Positions 42,411-55,799 of a stretch of DNA of 64,000 nucleotides are shown piece by piece. Location: assembly GCA_040285855.1 (NCBI GenBank), contig JAUFOQ010000016.1, positions 3,224,001-3,288,000 of the forward strand, written 5' to 3'. The DNA is from Eukaryota sp. GEM-RC1 (Eukaryota). Within the stretch, counting starts at the first letter, position 1; every line of letters begins with the position of its first letter. The position numbers and the translations under genes are program-made. The notes under the pieces are model-generated. The model had not been told where the DNA came from. It ran no database searches and saw only the letters and a program-made list of their open reading frames with translations.

Positions 42411-42859
42411 TATATTCAAGGGACTATTTAGAATGAAAAACGACCAGCATAGATGCTCTTCTTATGTAAGGGAAGACTTCATTCACTTGTAATCATAGTG
42501 TTCTTAGTTTGTTGAACAAGAACGCTCCTAGGCAGGAGGTACGACTCAAAATAATTTCCGAACATTTTGTTAAACAAAAGGAGTGTGATCAGATAAAGCA
42601 AAACAACGCTCTTTGAACTCATTTTATAGACCACATCATTAGAACATCACTATTATGTTGACGAAGATAGGTACAAACTGCATTGGAAGTAAATGGGGAT
42701 GGTGTATTTAGGTGGTGTATTTACCCACTCCCTTGTTTTTTTTGGTAAAAAGGAGAATGTTGTCAAAAATCTTGATGATTACTTGATTTAAATTCAACAA
42801 GGGTTGGATAAAATGAAAGTTCTTGAAATTAGAGAGAATTATCTATTCTAAAAGTAATA

Positions 42860-44938
42860 GGGATTTATGCAGATTTCATCACTAATATACATTAATTGCA
42901 TTTTTCATCTAATATTACTTTATTTTGCAATCATTGTTTCAACTCATAAAACCTATTTCGTTGGACAGTTTCTCCTGTCATGACCAACTTGGTCACAATT
43001 TCTACACTTACGTTGTCGTGGTCTTGGTGCTGAACCATCTACTACTGTTGGTATCATACTGCTGGCACCTTGCTGCAACACAATCCACTCTGGGCAGTTT
43101 CTTCTGTCGTGCCCAATAATTCTACAATGACCACATCTACGTGGGGAGAGAGGCATTGCTTCCTGATTCTCTTCCGTTGCTGCTGCGTCAGGTTCTACTT
43201 CTTCACTGTCGCTACTCGCATCCTTCTCATCGAATCTCTTTTGATTAAAGCGTTTAGTACGTGAGTCCTTGTCCTTACGTGAAATTGGCGGACGACCTGG
43301 CATTACTGTATCTAAAGGAGGAAACACATCACTTTCTAGTTCTTCGATATTCCTTCTATAGTCGATTGGATAAAATTCGCCATCATACGTCTTCTTAAAA
43401 TTAGTAACTAAATAGTAGGGAGACACTAAAGATCTGGGGTGAATTCTAACACGTCTCGAAACTGACATTACGTGAATACATGGCACATCATGTTTCCAGA
43501 ATCCGCAACTGCACGTTTTGTACTTCAGATCCACAGAAAACACAAATTCGTTTTCTCTCACGGAATACAAACTGTCGGAGAACGTGGTTACTTCTAAACT
43601 GCGAGCTCTCAATATCGACGGCAACAAATACTCTTCAACATCATCAACGAATTCTCCATGCATCTTCATTGATTCATCTTTTCTTCTTCTGAACAAATGA
43701 GTCATTGCTTCAAAGATACCGTTAACCATTGAAGTCACTGGCAAAGAGCGAACTGGAAGAAGCCATGCATTTAAGGATTCAATGATATTGGAGGTGAGTT
43801 GTCCATATCTATTCCCTTCAAAGTGTACTGTCGACCAAGATTCTTTCGGAGCTGACTCTTCCAAATAAGTATAACCCACTGGGCACTGGATTTGAAGGAG
43901 CTGCCAATAGCGGTCAAATTCGTTTAACGTACTCGCTCTTGTACATTTCCAAAACAATTTCATTGCTTTCTTTCCACCTCTGAACGAGAGATTGTCACTG
44001 AGATGTTTACAGCACACAGAGTGGTAGGTTTCTTCACCAAAAACTTCGACCAGCGTACGGGATATGGCTGGATTTCTGTCACTAATAAATACTGTTTTGC
44101 CGTTGATTGCAAAATTGTCATTCAAATTCTCCAAAAAGCTTCTCCAATTTATTACATTTTCCGTTCGAGTAATTTCAAAAGCTATAGGAAAGAAATGTCC
44201 GTTGGCATCAATGCCAGCAGCAGCCAACAATGTTCCCCTGTATTTGGACCTCAGATGAGTTCCATCTATCACGATAACAGGCCTTAAAAACTCAAATCCT
44301 TTCACAAGAGGTTGAAAAGTAAAGAAAAAGCGCTCAAATGTGCCATCAGGTGCAACATTCAGCTTAAAAGGAGAGTTGGGATTAGTGGAGTTAAGACTTT
44401 GGAAAAGGGTTTCAGAAAGGTGTATGAGGTATCTAAAGAACCATAAAGTAGTTCGTTAGTGGCCTCTAGAGCTCGACAGGCTTTACTCGGACTTATATCA
44501 ATAAAGTACTTGGTTTTCAGCTTCCTAGCAAATACAGATGGACTGGTAATCTTTCCACCTCTTACTTCTTCTGCCATTAAAATGGCACAGATTTGTTTAG
44601 GCAAGGTCGTAAAACATAAGGATTGGCGGGAAGCAATGTGATCGACAAACTTTCTTATTTCCCATTCGTGGGTGTCTGTGTCCTGAAAACAGTGGATGTA
44701 ACAGGGGACAAGGTGTAGAGGAGCCACATCGTTTATCCCAACGGTTCTGGTTTTTCTGAGTTATGTCGAAGCTTTTATCACTCGAAAGGAACCAAGAGTA
44801 AACATCATGCTGCAAGTGTTGGATGTTTGTATAAGAATGACCTTGTTGAAGAGTTGTATTAGTTGTAGTCATTAGCAAAAGAGTATTGATGTTAAATGAA
44901 TTGTTATTTACTTATGTGATGTAAATTGACGAGTTCCC
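42860..44938 (-). mobile_element. Mutator/MULE DNA transposon 1 (2.08 kb)
   Basis: 9-bp TSD aaagtaata (42851-42859, 44939-44947). Short imperfect TIRs GGGATTTATGCAGATTTCATCAC / GGGAACTCGTCAATTTACATCAC. Contains a MULE transposase. Confidence 0.92.
42953..44878 (-). pseudogene. MULE transposase, N-terminal part frameshifted
   Basis: VIVIDGTHL, FISDRNPAI, CCKHL and TSNIIESLN (DDE + CxxH), SWIM CSCGFWKHDVPCIH, and two C-terminal CCHC knuckles. Upstream pieces 44359-44727 and 44597-44878 are in other frames. Confidence 0.9.
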
Positions 44939-46221
44939 AAAGTAATACACAACAACACTACATTGTAAGGTCTTGAAATTAAAAACACTTAAAGTTCTTC
45001 ATGCTCTAAATTTGCTATTCTGGTTTTAATCAATTTGAAGGACAGATGTTTAGTTGCTTTGATTAACCAAATTCGACAGATTTATGAATTGTTGTCCAAA
45101 GATCTTCAATGGATCACAACATTTTAGGACTTGCATTCATGATGCTGTCATAGATCAAATTCGTGCAATGTGTAAGTCCTACAAAATCGAATCTTTGAAA
45201 TCAATGATTTAAAGAATAGTGATTCTGATAATAGTTTTGGTAAAGAACGGCTGATGTCATGGTTCCATCAGTCAATGACGAACTAACGGCTGTTGATGCG
45301 ATTACTGTGAATGTTTGCAAAAAGGGCATTTAAGGATGCTAACAATGTCTCCACTTGATTTTTCAGAACAATACAAGAGAAACAAATATGATGTTCCCTT
45401 GACTACTCTCAAACATTCTAGACATGTTGAGTACGAATTATGTCCTATTGCCATTTCAATTTATGTTCGACTTGGTAAAGAAGCTCTTTGTTTTCTCTGA
45501 TGTTGAGATAGTTGTAAAAAAAGAATGAACAAGACATTTGACTTTCAGTTTTGCTTGACTTGTAATGTTCATCAAAGAATTTGGCTTACATCTAGATTGG
45601 GGCGTTTCCTTTATTGCACCTTTTGAGACTATACGAGCAATTTCTGCAGAAGCTGACACTTTGAATGAAGAGATTGGTTTAAATCTAAATATTGAAAAAT
45701 GTTTCGTTATAGGAAAACAACTTAATTTATTAACAATTCGTTCAACTGAAGTACCTTTTATTAATTATCTTCCTGATTTCTTTATTTTTTCTTATTTTTT
45801 TCCAAAGCAAACTTTTATGGAACAAAAACACTAATATTACAAAATTGTTTCTTATTGGTAAAAAGGCAAAGTTCTGGAAATTAACAACTCTTAAAGTTCT
45901 TCATGCTCTAAATTTGCTATTCTGGTTTTAATCAATTTGAAGGACACATGTTCAGTTGCTTTGATTAACCAAATTCGACCAAATTCGGGATTGTTGTCCA
46001 AAGATCTTCAATGGATCAGAACATTTTAGGACTTGCATTCATGATGCTGTCATAGATCAAATTCGTACAATGTGTAAGTCCCACAAAATCGAATCTTTGA
46101 AATCGATAATTCAAAAATAGTGATTCTGATAAGAGTTTTGGTAAAGAACGGCTGATGTCATGGTTCCATTAGTCAATGACGAACTAACGGCTGTTGATGC
46201 GATTACTAGGAATGTACAATA

Positions 46222-46341
46222 CTCGAGTCGGACTCGAGTCGGACTCAGATATTGTAAGTCTGAGTCTGAGTCCGACTCACCGTATCTGAGTCTGCGTCTG
46301 AATCCCACTCATAATATCTGAGTCTGAGTCTGAGCTTGAGT
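46222..46341. repeat. hAT subterminal GAGTCT/GAGTCG repeats (transposase 3' side)
   Basis: Multiple direct and inverted ctgagt/gactc units next to the TIR. Confidence 0.8.
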
Positions 46342-46385
46342 TTCACATCATAAACAATCTTTATTAAGTACATTATTAACCATTA

Positions 46386-48207
46386 TTATTCTACTGTCCA
46401 CCGCTTAAGACAGACACATGCTTCAACATTTAAATCTGTTAGACGTGATCTGTCAGGAGCCACAACTCTTCCAGCTTGTGAAAAAAATGACTCAGAAGCT
46501 ACATTAGAGGCTTGAACTGATAGTGCAATTCGAGATGTTCTTGCAAGTGTAGGCAACTTTGATTCATTAAGTTTCCACCACATCAAAGGATCTTGGTCCA
46601 TTTCAATCAGTCCATCACTGAGATAGATATCAAGTTCATCTAACTCAGTTAATTATTCTTCGTTACGAACACATACTTTTATTCTTACAAGCTCTTTCAT
46701 TAGAGATTTTCCTTGAGGGTTGTTCTGCGATTCTTCTGTACTTACTGCAAGACTTCCCACTTTGGATTCAATAAACTCCCTCATTGAACCCTTCAGCATC
46801 TCTTCATTCTCAATGTAACAACTTGGTAGGAAGTTCTGATTGTTGTTGAATCTAGGATCCAACACAAGACCGACATATCCTGCAAAATCGAACACACTTC
46901 TGTCACTTCGACGTCCACTGATATACTGCGTAAACTTTTCCAACACTTTTGATGCTACGGCAGAAATAAAACCAGATTCACGTCCTTCTACAGGATCGCA
47001 AATTACTTTAAGCTTTTCCCATAATAAATTGAACAAAGTTAAACCTACGGACACAGTAACGGTAGACCTTGAAGAACAAATTTCAGTTAACTCATAGAAA
47101 TCAGATAACAAGAAGATCAAAAGCTGATGAAGATCTTCTCTTTCAGAAATGGTGAGTTTCAAATGCATCAACTTGTTGTCATTGAAAATCATATGATCTA
47201 CAATGTCTATCAATTGGCTGTACCTTTCTAGCATCATGAAGGACGAATTCCATCTTGTTGAAACATCAACAATCATGGAGGTGGTTTCAAGTCCTTCCAA
47301 CTTGCATCTATCAGAAATACGTTCCCTCAAGTCTGAGCTTCTGTGTGATCTGACACAAAACTCTCTAATTTTTTTGACGAAAAAAAAACCCTGATCTTCA
47401 AGAAAATTTGGAGTACTTCTGAATAATTGGTTGAGGGCAAGGTGAAGAACATGCGCCAAACATCTTCTATGATAAACAATACCAGGTGTACCCAATAATT
47501 CCACAAATTTTGTTAAATCAATGTTTGAGACATTGTCTGAAGTCACAGAAAAAACTTTGTTCTCAAGTTTGAACTGTTATAGAACGTTTTTAAACTAGTA
47601 TGTGGATGTTTAATTAATCCACAATCAAGGGTCTTAGTTTTGAGCCCAAAATTCTTATCGATGTAATGCACAGTAACTCCCAAGAATGGAGTACCACCTT
47701 TGCTGGTCCAAATATCCAAAGTGAAATTGAGTAAAGAGTTGTCAATCATAACTTCTAGTTCATTTCCAATACTTTCTTGTTTTTCCTTATATAGCAAAAC
47801 TATATCTCGTTGGACAGTGTTTCGGCCAATTTCTTCATAGTTGGGACACAACCAATTAATTATTTTTCTGAACGAAGGACGTTCCACTTCTGAAAACGGA
47901 TGACATCCATCAATGATGTATTCATTGATAAGGACTGTTGTGCCTTAGTTAGTTTTTGCTGAATAGGTGAATGAGGGGACGCAAATGGCAAGATCGACTG
48001 AGTTTCAAGAGAAGGAGGAATACGATCACCCACATAGATGTTGTGGATGTTTGCAAGATGTTTTGATAGAATCGAAGAACTAGTAGATAAAGAGAAGCTG
48101 CTTTGACAGTGATTACAAAATCTTCGGTCGGTGTTATCGACTACCATTACAGTAAAATGATTATCTCTAAAGTGTTTGGACTTCTGACGACTTGAAGAAG
48201 ATGGCAT
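46386..48207 (-). pseudogene. hAT transposase with BED finger (frameshifts and one in-frame TAA)
   Basis: CNHC..LSKHLANIH (BED), FTLDIWTS, TSDNVSN, RCLAHVLHL, TRWNSSFMMLER, LDPRF, DPLMWW..QASNVASESFFSQAG (C-terminal dimerisation region). Confidence 0.9.
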
Positions 48208-48351
48208 TAGGTTATGGAAGACAGCAAGGTTGTTGAAGAAAGAAAAGTGACACTATAAAAATCGTAAACTTCAAGTAAATTGCTGCAATTTTCCATTGAA
48301 TGAATACCATGTTATGATTTATTATAAATAAGATAATTTTATATGAAATAC

Positions 48352-48473
48352 CTGAGTCTGAGTCTGAGTCGGACTTAAGGATTGTGAGTCTGAGTCTGAG
48401 TCTGACTCGGGGGTTGTGAGTCTTGGCCTGAGTCTGAGTCTAGACTCAGCTCGAGTCTAAACTTGAGTCGAGT
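48352..48473. repeat. hAT subterminal GAGTCT repeats (transposase 5' side)
   Basis: (ctgagt)n runs next to the TIR. Confidence 0.8.
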
Positions 48474-48894
48474 TTTTGTACACCCCTAGTGATTACTGTG
48501 GATGTTTGCAAAAAAGGGCTTTTAAGGATGCTAACAATGTGTCTCCACTTGATTTTTCAGAACAATACAAGAGAATCAAATATCATGTTCCCTTGACTAC
48601 TCTCAAACATTCTAGACATGTTGAGTACGAATTATGTCCTTTTGACATTTCAATTTATGGTCGACTTGGTAAAGAAGCTCTTTGTTTTCTCTGATGTTGA
48701 GATAGTTGTAAAAAAAGAATGAACAAGAAATTTGACTTTAAGTTTTGCTTGACTTGTATTGTTCATCAAAGGATTTGGCTTACATCTAGATTGAAGACGT
48801 TTCCTTTATTGCACCTTTTGAGACTATACGAGCAATTTCTGCAGAAGCTGCCACTTTGAATGAAGAGATTGGTTTAAATCTAAATATTGAAAAG

Positions 48895-50157
48895 AACGGA
48901 TTTATGTGCGGAGAAAAACAGATAATAAGATACAAATAAATCAACACTATTAAAACAAATTATCAAACGAACTACCTAATTCCGAAAAGTAGTTGCCTCC
49001 AAACAACTTGGACAAAATGGAATCAACATATCTATACATAGACTTAAAAATCGAACCGAAATTTCCAATGAAACTGCAAAAGGCTGAAAGACGATATTAT
49101 TGTGTCTTCGTGAATTCAATGCAGCAACTTGATGTCCGTACTTAGACACTTTGGCGTTCTCAGCGTCTTTCAGCGGATCATTTGAGGGATTCAAAATGTT
49201 GGCAATAGCTGAAGCTTTGCAAGGATCAACAGTCGTAAAATCAACAACAATTTCTTGGCATGACAACCAAGGGCCAATAAAATCACCACGTTTCTGAGTA
49301 GAATCAGGGTGATCTGAGAGATGAGAAAGTAATGGTTCGACTTTGCCATGGAAACCATTCGCCTTAAACATTTCCAAACATGTATCTCGAAGACTGTTGT
49401 GCAAAATTGAACGACAATATATGAACTTTGAACAATTGACCAAATGATGAAAGCTAGCCTTATGTTTGTTTTTACAGATACACGTGCTGTTCTGTAACAA
49501 ACCAAATGGCCAAAAACCTAAACGAAGTCTCATGCTAACAAGCCATTCATGATCTTTTAGATTAAAAATAAATTTCCCTGGCAATTGAGTAATGAAAGTA
49601 GATGCTGAATCACTACTCATGTCTTGTAAAAATGCACAGAAAGCGGGACTTTTAACTTTAGCCAAGCTAATGCAGTTAGTATAGTCCAATCTCTCATGAA
49701 AAGATACAAATTTCTTCTGAAATTTTCTAACACCAAGAGGAAGGGAAAAAAGCGTACGTTGAGGTGTTTCCGTCACAGATGCAGGGAACAAGGATTCCCA
49801 AACATCAGGGTTCATACCATCTACAAGATTTTGAAGTGATATAAGCCATTGACAAGGCGAATATCGAATGAGATCTTCATTAGACCAAAGTAAGGGATAA
49901 CGTAACTTAAATTCATACAGCAGATTCTTCAAACATCCTAAAAAGGCACCTTCACGCATATAACGAGCTTTGGAAAACCAATTCCACCAAATCTCACAGC
50001 AGCAAATGAATGACGATGAATGGAAAGTTTTTTCGACTCTACCAGCTCTGACAAAAACTCTGTTCTCAGAGCGTTAAAACGACGAGAAAGGTCTACCGTA
50101 AGCTCAGGAGGTAACCCACGTAAAAAATGATTGACTTTACCTGCAAAACAAACTTGC
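48895..50157 (-). mobile_element. 5'-truncated antisense family B copy (1.26 kb, small internal deletion near the C-terminus)
   Basis: Contains the B 3' terminus (ctccgcacataaatccgtt on the minus strand). ORF 48976-49959 matches B. Confidence 0.9.
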
Positions 50158-50581
50158 GATGTTTGCAAAAAAGGGCATTTAAGGATGCTAACAATGTGTC
50201 TCCACTTGATTTTTCAGAACAATACAAGAGAAACAAATATGATGTTCCCTTGACTACTCTCAAACATTCTAGACATGTTGAGTACGAATTATGTCCTTTT
50301 GCCATTTCGATTTATGGTCGACTTGGTAAAGAAGCTCTTTGTTTTCTCTGATGTTGAGATAGTTGTAAAAAAAGAACATCTAGATTGAAGAGGTTTCCTT
50401 TATTGCATTTTTTGAGACTATACGAGCATTTTCTGCAGAAGCTGACACTTTGAATGAAGAGATTGGTTTAAATCTAAATATTGAAAAGTGTTTCGTTATA
50501 GGAAAAGAACCTAATTTATTAACAATTCGTTCAATTGAAGTACATTTTATTAATTATCTTTCTGATTTCTTGATTGTTTTT

Positions 50582-51068
50582 GGGGTCGGGTAAATACAAC
50601 ACGTAAATACACCATCTCAGATTCTCTTCGATCCTAAATTGTGTTTATGATACATGGAGTTATACTCTACACAGTTGTACAAGTGCTACAACAAGTAAGT
50701 GATCTGATGGAGATATTCAGTACACGTTCGTGGACCTCCATTCAGTTATATTCCAGGGACTATTTAGAATGAAAAACGACCAGCATAGATGCTCTTCTTA
50801 TGTAAGGGAAGACTTCATTCACTTGTAATCATAGTGTTCTTAGTTTGTTGAACAAGAAGGCTCCTAGGCAGGAGGTACGACTCAAAATAATTTCCGAACA
50901 TTTTGTTAAACAAAGAGGAGTGTGATCAGATGAAGCAAAACAACGCTCTTTGAACTCATTTTATAGACCACATCATTAGAACATCACTATTATGTTGACG
51001 AAGATAGGTACAAACTGCATTGAAGTAAATGGGGATGGTGTATTTAGGTGGTGTATTTACCCGCCCCC
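50582..51068. mobile_element. GGG-terminal MITE, copy 2 (487 bp, no nested insertion)
   Basis: Same TIRs and ttgttttt TSD as 41951-42732. Confidence 0.87.
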
Positions 51069-51167
51069 TTGTTTTTTTTGGTAAAAATGAGAATATTGTC
51101 AAAAATCTTGATGATTATCTGATTTAGACTCAACAAGAGTGGGATAAAATGAACGTTCTTGAAATTA

Positions 51168-51217
51168 GAGAGAATTATTTATTCTAAAAGTAATAGACAA
51201 CAACACTACAGTGTAAG
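51168..51217 (-). mobile_element. 50-bp insertion, probably a retrotransposon 3' tip (also 54226-54275 and 58378-58427, and split by MULE1 at 42832-44970)
   Basis: Flanked by a duplication of ttcttgaaatta (12-15 bp). The minus strand ends ...tagaataaataattctctc. Confidence 0.65.
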
Positions 51218-51950
51218 TTCTTGAAATTAAAAACACTTAACGTTCTTCATGCTCTAAATTTGCTATTCTGGTTTTAATCAATTTGAAGGACAGATGTTCA
51301 GTTGCTTTGATTAACCAAATTCGACAGATTTATGAATTGTTGTCCAAAGATCTTCAATGGATCACAACATTTTAGGACTTGTATTCATGATGCTGTCATA
51401 GATCAAATTCGTGCAATGTGTAAGTCCCACAAAATCGAATCTTTGAAATCAATAATTAAAAAATAGTGATTCTGATAAAAGTTTTGGTAGAGAACGGCTG
51501 ACGTCATGGTTCCATCGGTCAATGATGAACTAACGGCTGATGATGTGATTACTGTGGATGTTTGCAAAAAAGGGCATTTAAGGATGCTAACAATGTGTCT
51601 CCACCTGATTTTTCAGAACAATACAAGAGAAACAAATATCATGTTCCCTTGACTACTCTCAAACATTCTAGACATGTTGAGTACGAATTATGTCCTTTTG
51701 CCATTTCAATTTATGATCGACTTGGTAAAGAAGCTCTTTGTTTTCTCTGATGTTGAGATAGTTGTAAAAAAAGAATGAACAAGAAATTTGACTTTAAGTT
51801 TTGCTTGACTTGTATTGTTCATCAAAGGATTTGGCTTACATCTAGATTGAAGAGGTTTAATTTATTGCACCTTTTGAGACTATACGAGCAATTTCTGCAG
51901 AAGCTGCCACTTTGAATGAAGAGATGGGTTTAAATCTAAATATTGAAAAG

Positions 51951-53213
51951 AACGGATTTATGTGCGGAGAAAAACAGATAATAAGATACAAATAAATCAA
52001 CACTATTAAAACAAATTATCAAACGAACTACCTAATTCCGAAAAGTAGTTGCCTCCAAACAACTTGGACAAAATGGAATCAACATATCTATACATAGACT
52101 TAAAAATCGAACCGAAATTTCCAATGAAACTGCAAAAGGCTGAAAGACGATATTATTGTGTCTTCGTGAATTCAATGCAGCAACTTGATGTCCGTACTTA
52201 GACACTTTGGCGTTCTCAGCGTCTTTCAGCGGATCATTTGAGGGATTCAAAATGTTGGCAATAGCTGAAGCTTTGCAAGGATCAACAGTCGTAAAATCAA
52301 CAACAATTTCTTGGCATGACAACCAAGGGCCAATAAAATCACCACGTTTCTGAGTAGAATCAGGGTGATCTGAGAGATGAGAAAGTAATGGTTCGACTTT
52401 GCCATGGAAACCATTCGCCTTAAACATTTCCAAACATGTATCTCGAAGACTGTTGTGCAAAATTGAACGACAATATATGAACTTTGAACAATTGACCAAA
52501 TGATGAAAGCTAGCCTTATGTTTGTTTTTACAGATACACGTGCTGTTCTGTAACAAACCAAATGGCCAAAAACCTAAACGAAGTCTCATGCTAACAAGCC
52601 ATTCATGATCTTTTAGATTAAAAATAAATTTCCCTGGCAATTGAGTAATGAAAGTAGATGCTGAATCACTACTCATGTCTTGTAAAAATGCACAGAAAGC
52701 GGGACTTTTAACTTTAGCCAAGCTAATGCAGTTAGTATAGTCCAAGCTCTCATGAAAAGATACAAATTTCTTCTGAAATTTTCTAACACCAAGAGGAAGG
52801 GAAAAAAGCGTACGTTGAGGTGTTTCCGTCACAGATGCAGGGAACAAGGATTCCCAAACATCAGGGTTCATACCATCTACAAGATTTTGAAGTGATATAA
52901 GCCATTGACAAGGCGAATATCGAATGAGATCTTCATTAGACCAAAGTAAGGGATAACGTAACTTAAATTCATACAGCAGATTCTTCAAACATCCTAAAAA
53001 GGCACCTTCACGCATATAACGAGCTTTGGAAAACCAATTCCACCAAATCTCACAGCAGCAAATGAATGACGATGAATGGAAAGTTTTTTCGACTCTACCA
53101 GCTCTGACAAAAACTCTGTTCTCAGAGCGTTAAAACGACGAGAAAGGTCTACCGTAAGCTCAGGAGGTAACCCACGTAAAAAATGATTGACTTTACCTGC
53201 AAAACAAACTTGC
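51951..53213 (-). mobile_element. 5'-truncated antisense family B copy
   Basis: Same junctions as 48895-50157. Confidence 0.9.
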
Positions 53214-53638
53214 AATGTTTGCAAAAAAAGGGCATTTAAGGATGCTAACAATGTGTCTCCACTTGATTTTTCAGAACAATACAAGAGAAACAAATATGAT
53301 GTTCCCTTGACTACTCTCAAACATTCTAGACATGTTGAGTACGAATTATGTCCTTTTGCCATTTCGATTTATGGTCGACTTGGTAAAGAAGCTCTTTGTT
53401 TTCTCTGATGTTGAGATAGTTGTAAAAAAAGAACATCTAGATTGAAGAGGTTTCCTTTATTGCATTTTTTGAGACTATACGAGCATTTTCTGCAGAAGCT
53501 GACACTTTGAATGAAGAGATTGGTTTAAATCTAAATATTGAAAAGTGTTTCGTTATAGGAAAAGAACCTAATTTATTAACAATTCGTTCAATTGAAGTAC
53601 ATTTTATTAATTATCTTTCTGATTTCTTGATTGTTTTT

Positions 53639-54125
53639 GGGGTCGGGTAAATACAACACGTAAATACACCATCTCAGATTCTCTTCGATCCTAAATTGTG
53701 TTTATGATACATGGAGTTATACTCTACACAGTTGTACAAGTGCTACAACAAGTAAGTGATCTGATGGAGATATTCAGTACACGTTCGTGGACCTCCATTC
53801 AGTTATATTCCAGGGACTATTTAGAATGAAAAACGACCAGCATAGATGCTCTTCTTATGTAAGGGAAGACTTCATTCACTTGTAATCATAGTGTTCTTAG
53901 TTTGTTGAACAAGAAGGCTCCTAGGCAGGAGGTACGACTCAAAATAATTTCCGAACATTTTGTTAAACAAAGAGGAGTGTGATCAGATGAAGCAAAACAA
54001 CGCTCTTTGAACTCATTTTATAGACCACATCATTAGAACATCACTATTATGTTGACGAAGATAGGTACAAACTGCATTGAAGTAAATGGGGATGGTGTAT
54101 TTAGGTGGTGTAATTACCCGCCCCC
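53639..54125. mobile_element. GGG-terminal MITE, copy 3
   Basis: Same TIRs and TSD. Confidence 0.87.
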
Positions 54126-55632
54126 TTGTTTTTTTTTGGTAAAAAGGAGAATATTGTCAAAAATCTTGATGATTATCTGATTTAGACTCAACAAGAGTGG
54201 GATAAAATGAACGTTCTTGAAATTAGAGAGAATTATTTATTCTAAAAGTAATAGACAACAACACTACAGTGTAAGTTCTTGAAATTAAAAACACTTAACG
54301 TTCTTCATGCTCTAAATTTGCTATTCTGGTTTTAATCAATTTGAAGGACAGATGTTCAGTTGCTTTGATTAACCAAATTCGACAGATTTATGAATTGTTG
54401 TCCAAAGATCTTCAATGGATCACAACATTTTAGGACTTGTATTCATGATGCTGTCATAGATCAAATTCGTGCAATGTGTAAGTCCCACAAAATCGAATCT
54501 TTGAAATCAATAATTAAAAAATAGTGATTCTGATAAAAGTTTTGGTAGAGAACGGCTGACGTCATGGTTCCATCGGTCAATGATGAACTAACGGCTGATG
54601 ATGTGATTACTGTGGATGTTTGCAAAAAAAGGGCATTTAAGGATGCTAACAATGTGTCTCCACCTGATTTTTCAGAACAATACAAGAGAAACAAATATCA
54701 TGTTCCCTTGACTACTCTCAAACATTCTAGACATGTTGAGTACGAATTATGTCCTTTTGCCATTTCAATTTATGATCGACTTGGTAAAGAAGCTCTTTGT
54801 TTTCTCTGATGTTGAGATAGTTGTAAAAAAAGAATGAACAAGAAATTTGACTTTAAGTTTTGCTTGACTTGTATTGTTCATCAAAGGATTTGGCTTACAT
54901 CTAGATTGAAGACGTTTCCTTTATTGCACCTTTTGAGACTATACGAGCAATTTCTGCAGAAGCTGCCACTTTGAATGAAGAGATTGGTTTAAATCTAAAT
55001 ATTGAAAAGAACGGATTTATGTGCGGAGAAAAACACATAATAAGATACAAATAAATAAACACTATTAAAACAAATTATCAAACGAACTACCTAATTCCGA
55101 AAAGTAGTTGCCTCCAAACAACTTGGACAAAATGGAATCAACATATCTATACATAGACTTAAAAATCGAACCGAAATTTCCAATGAAACTGCAAAAGGCT
55201 GAAAGACGATATTATTGTGTCTTCGTGAATTCAATGCAGCAACTTGATGTCCGTACTTAGACACTTTGGCGTTCTTAGCGTCTTTCAGCGGATCATTTGA
55301 GGGATTCAAAATGTTGGCAATAGCTGAAGCTTTGCAAGGATCAACAGTCGTAAAATCAACAACAATTTCTTGGCATGACAACCAAGGGCCAATAAAATCA
55401 CCACGTTTCTGAGTAGAATCAGGGTGATCTGAGAGATGAGAAAGTAATGGTTCGACTTTGCCATGGAAACCATTCGCCTTAAACATTTCCAAACATGTAT
55501 CTCGAAGACTGTTGTGCAAAATTGAACGACAATATATGAACTTTGAACAATTGACCAAATGATGAAAGCTAGCCTTATGTTTGTTTTTACAGATACACGT
55601 GCTGTTCTGTAACAAACCAAATGGCCAAAAAC

Positions 55633-55761
55633 TGTTGCCGTAAGGTCAACGTTGATACAAATGGAAAGAAGAAGTGTTTATTGTTGCTAGAGATCCTTAA
55701 GAATAGATGCCACGTCATCAGAGGTGAAGATATCTACTAGGTATCGTTATCTTCACTAACA
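55633..55761 (-). repeat. 3' LTR (129 bp)
   Basis: tgttgccg...cactaaca, a direct repeat of 56594-56722, with AATAAA on the minus strand. Confidence 0.93.
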
Positions 55762-55799
55762 CTACATTTTCCCATTTCTTTTGAAGCTGTGCAGAGAAC

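Larger units (their letters stand above)
41951..42732. mobile_element. Non-autonomous TIR element (MITE) with GGG termini, copy 1, holding remnants of nested elements
   Basis: About 37-bp imperfect TIRs (GGGGTCGGGTAAATACAACACGTAAATACACCATCTC versus the reverse complement of the right end GGGAGTGGGTAAATACACCACCTAAATACACCATCCC). 8-bp TSD ttgttttt (41943-41950, 42733-42740). Superfamily uncertain (Merlin- or MULE-like). Confidence 0.85.
46207..48488 (-). mobile_element. hAT DNA transposon (2.28 kb)
   Basis: TIRs TAGGAATGTACAATACTCGA / TAGGGGTGTACAAAAACTCGA. 8-bp TSD gcgattac/gtgattac with 1 mismatch. (GAGTCT)-type subterminal repeats at both ends. Confidence 0.92.

Noticed and set aside
42832..44970. 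MULE1 boundaries at 42832-44970 with a tcttgaaatta TSD
   Set aside because: That duplication belongs to the outer 50-bp insert, which is seen without MULE1 at 51168. The true MULE ends are GGG/CCC with the 9-bp TSD aaagtaata.
46600..46660. In-frame TAA in the hAT transposase as a sign of a TAA=Gln genetic code
   Set aside because: It is a single case in a decayed element. Long ORFs (MULE2, B, gag) contain no internal TAA/TAG and end on TAA.
46222..48473. (GAGTCT)n hexamer runs as telomeric repeats
   Set aside because: They are short, occur in mixed orientation and are confined just inside both hAT TIRs, as expected for subterminal repeats.
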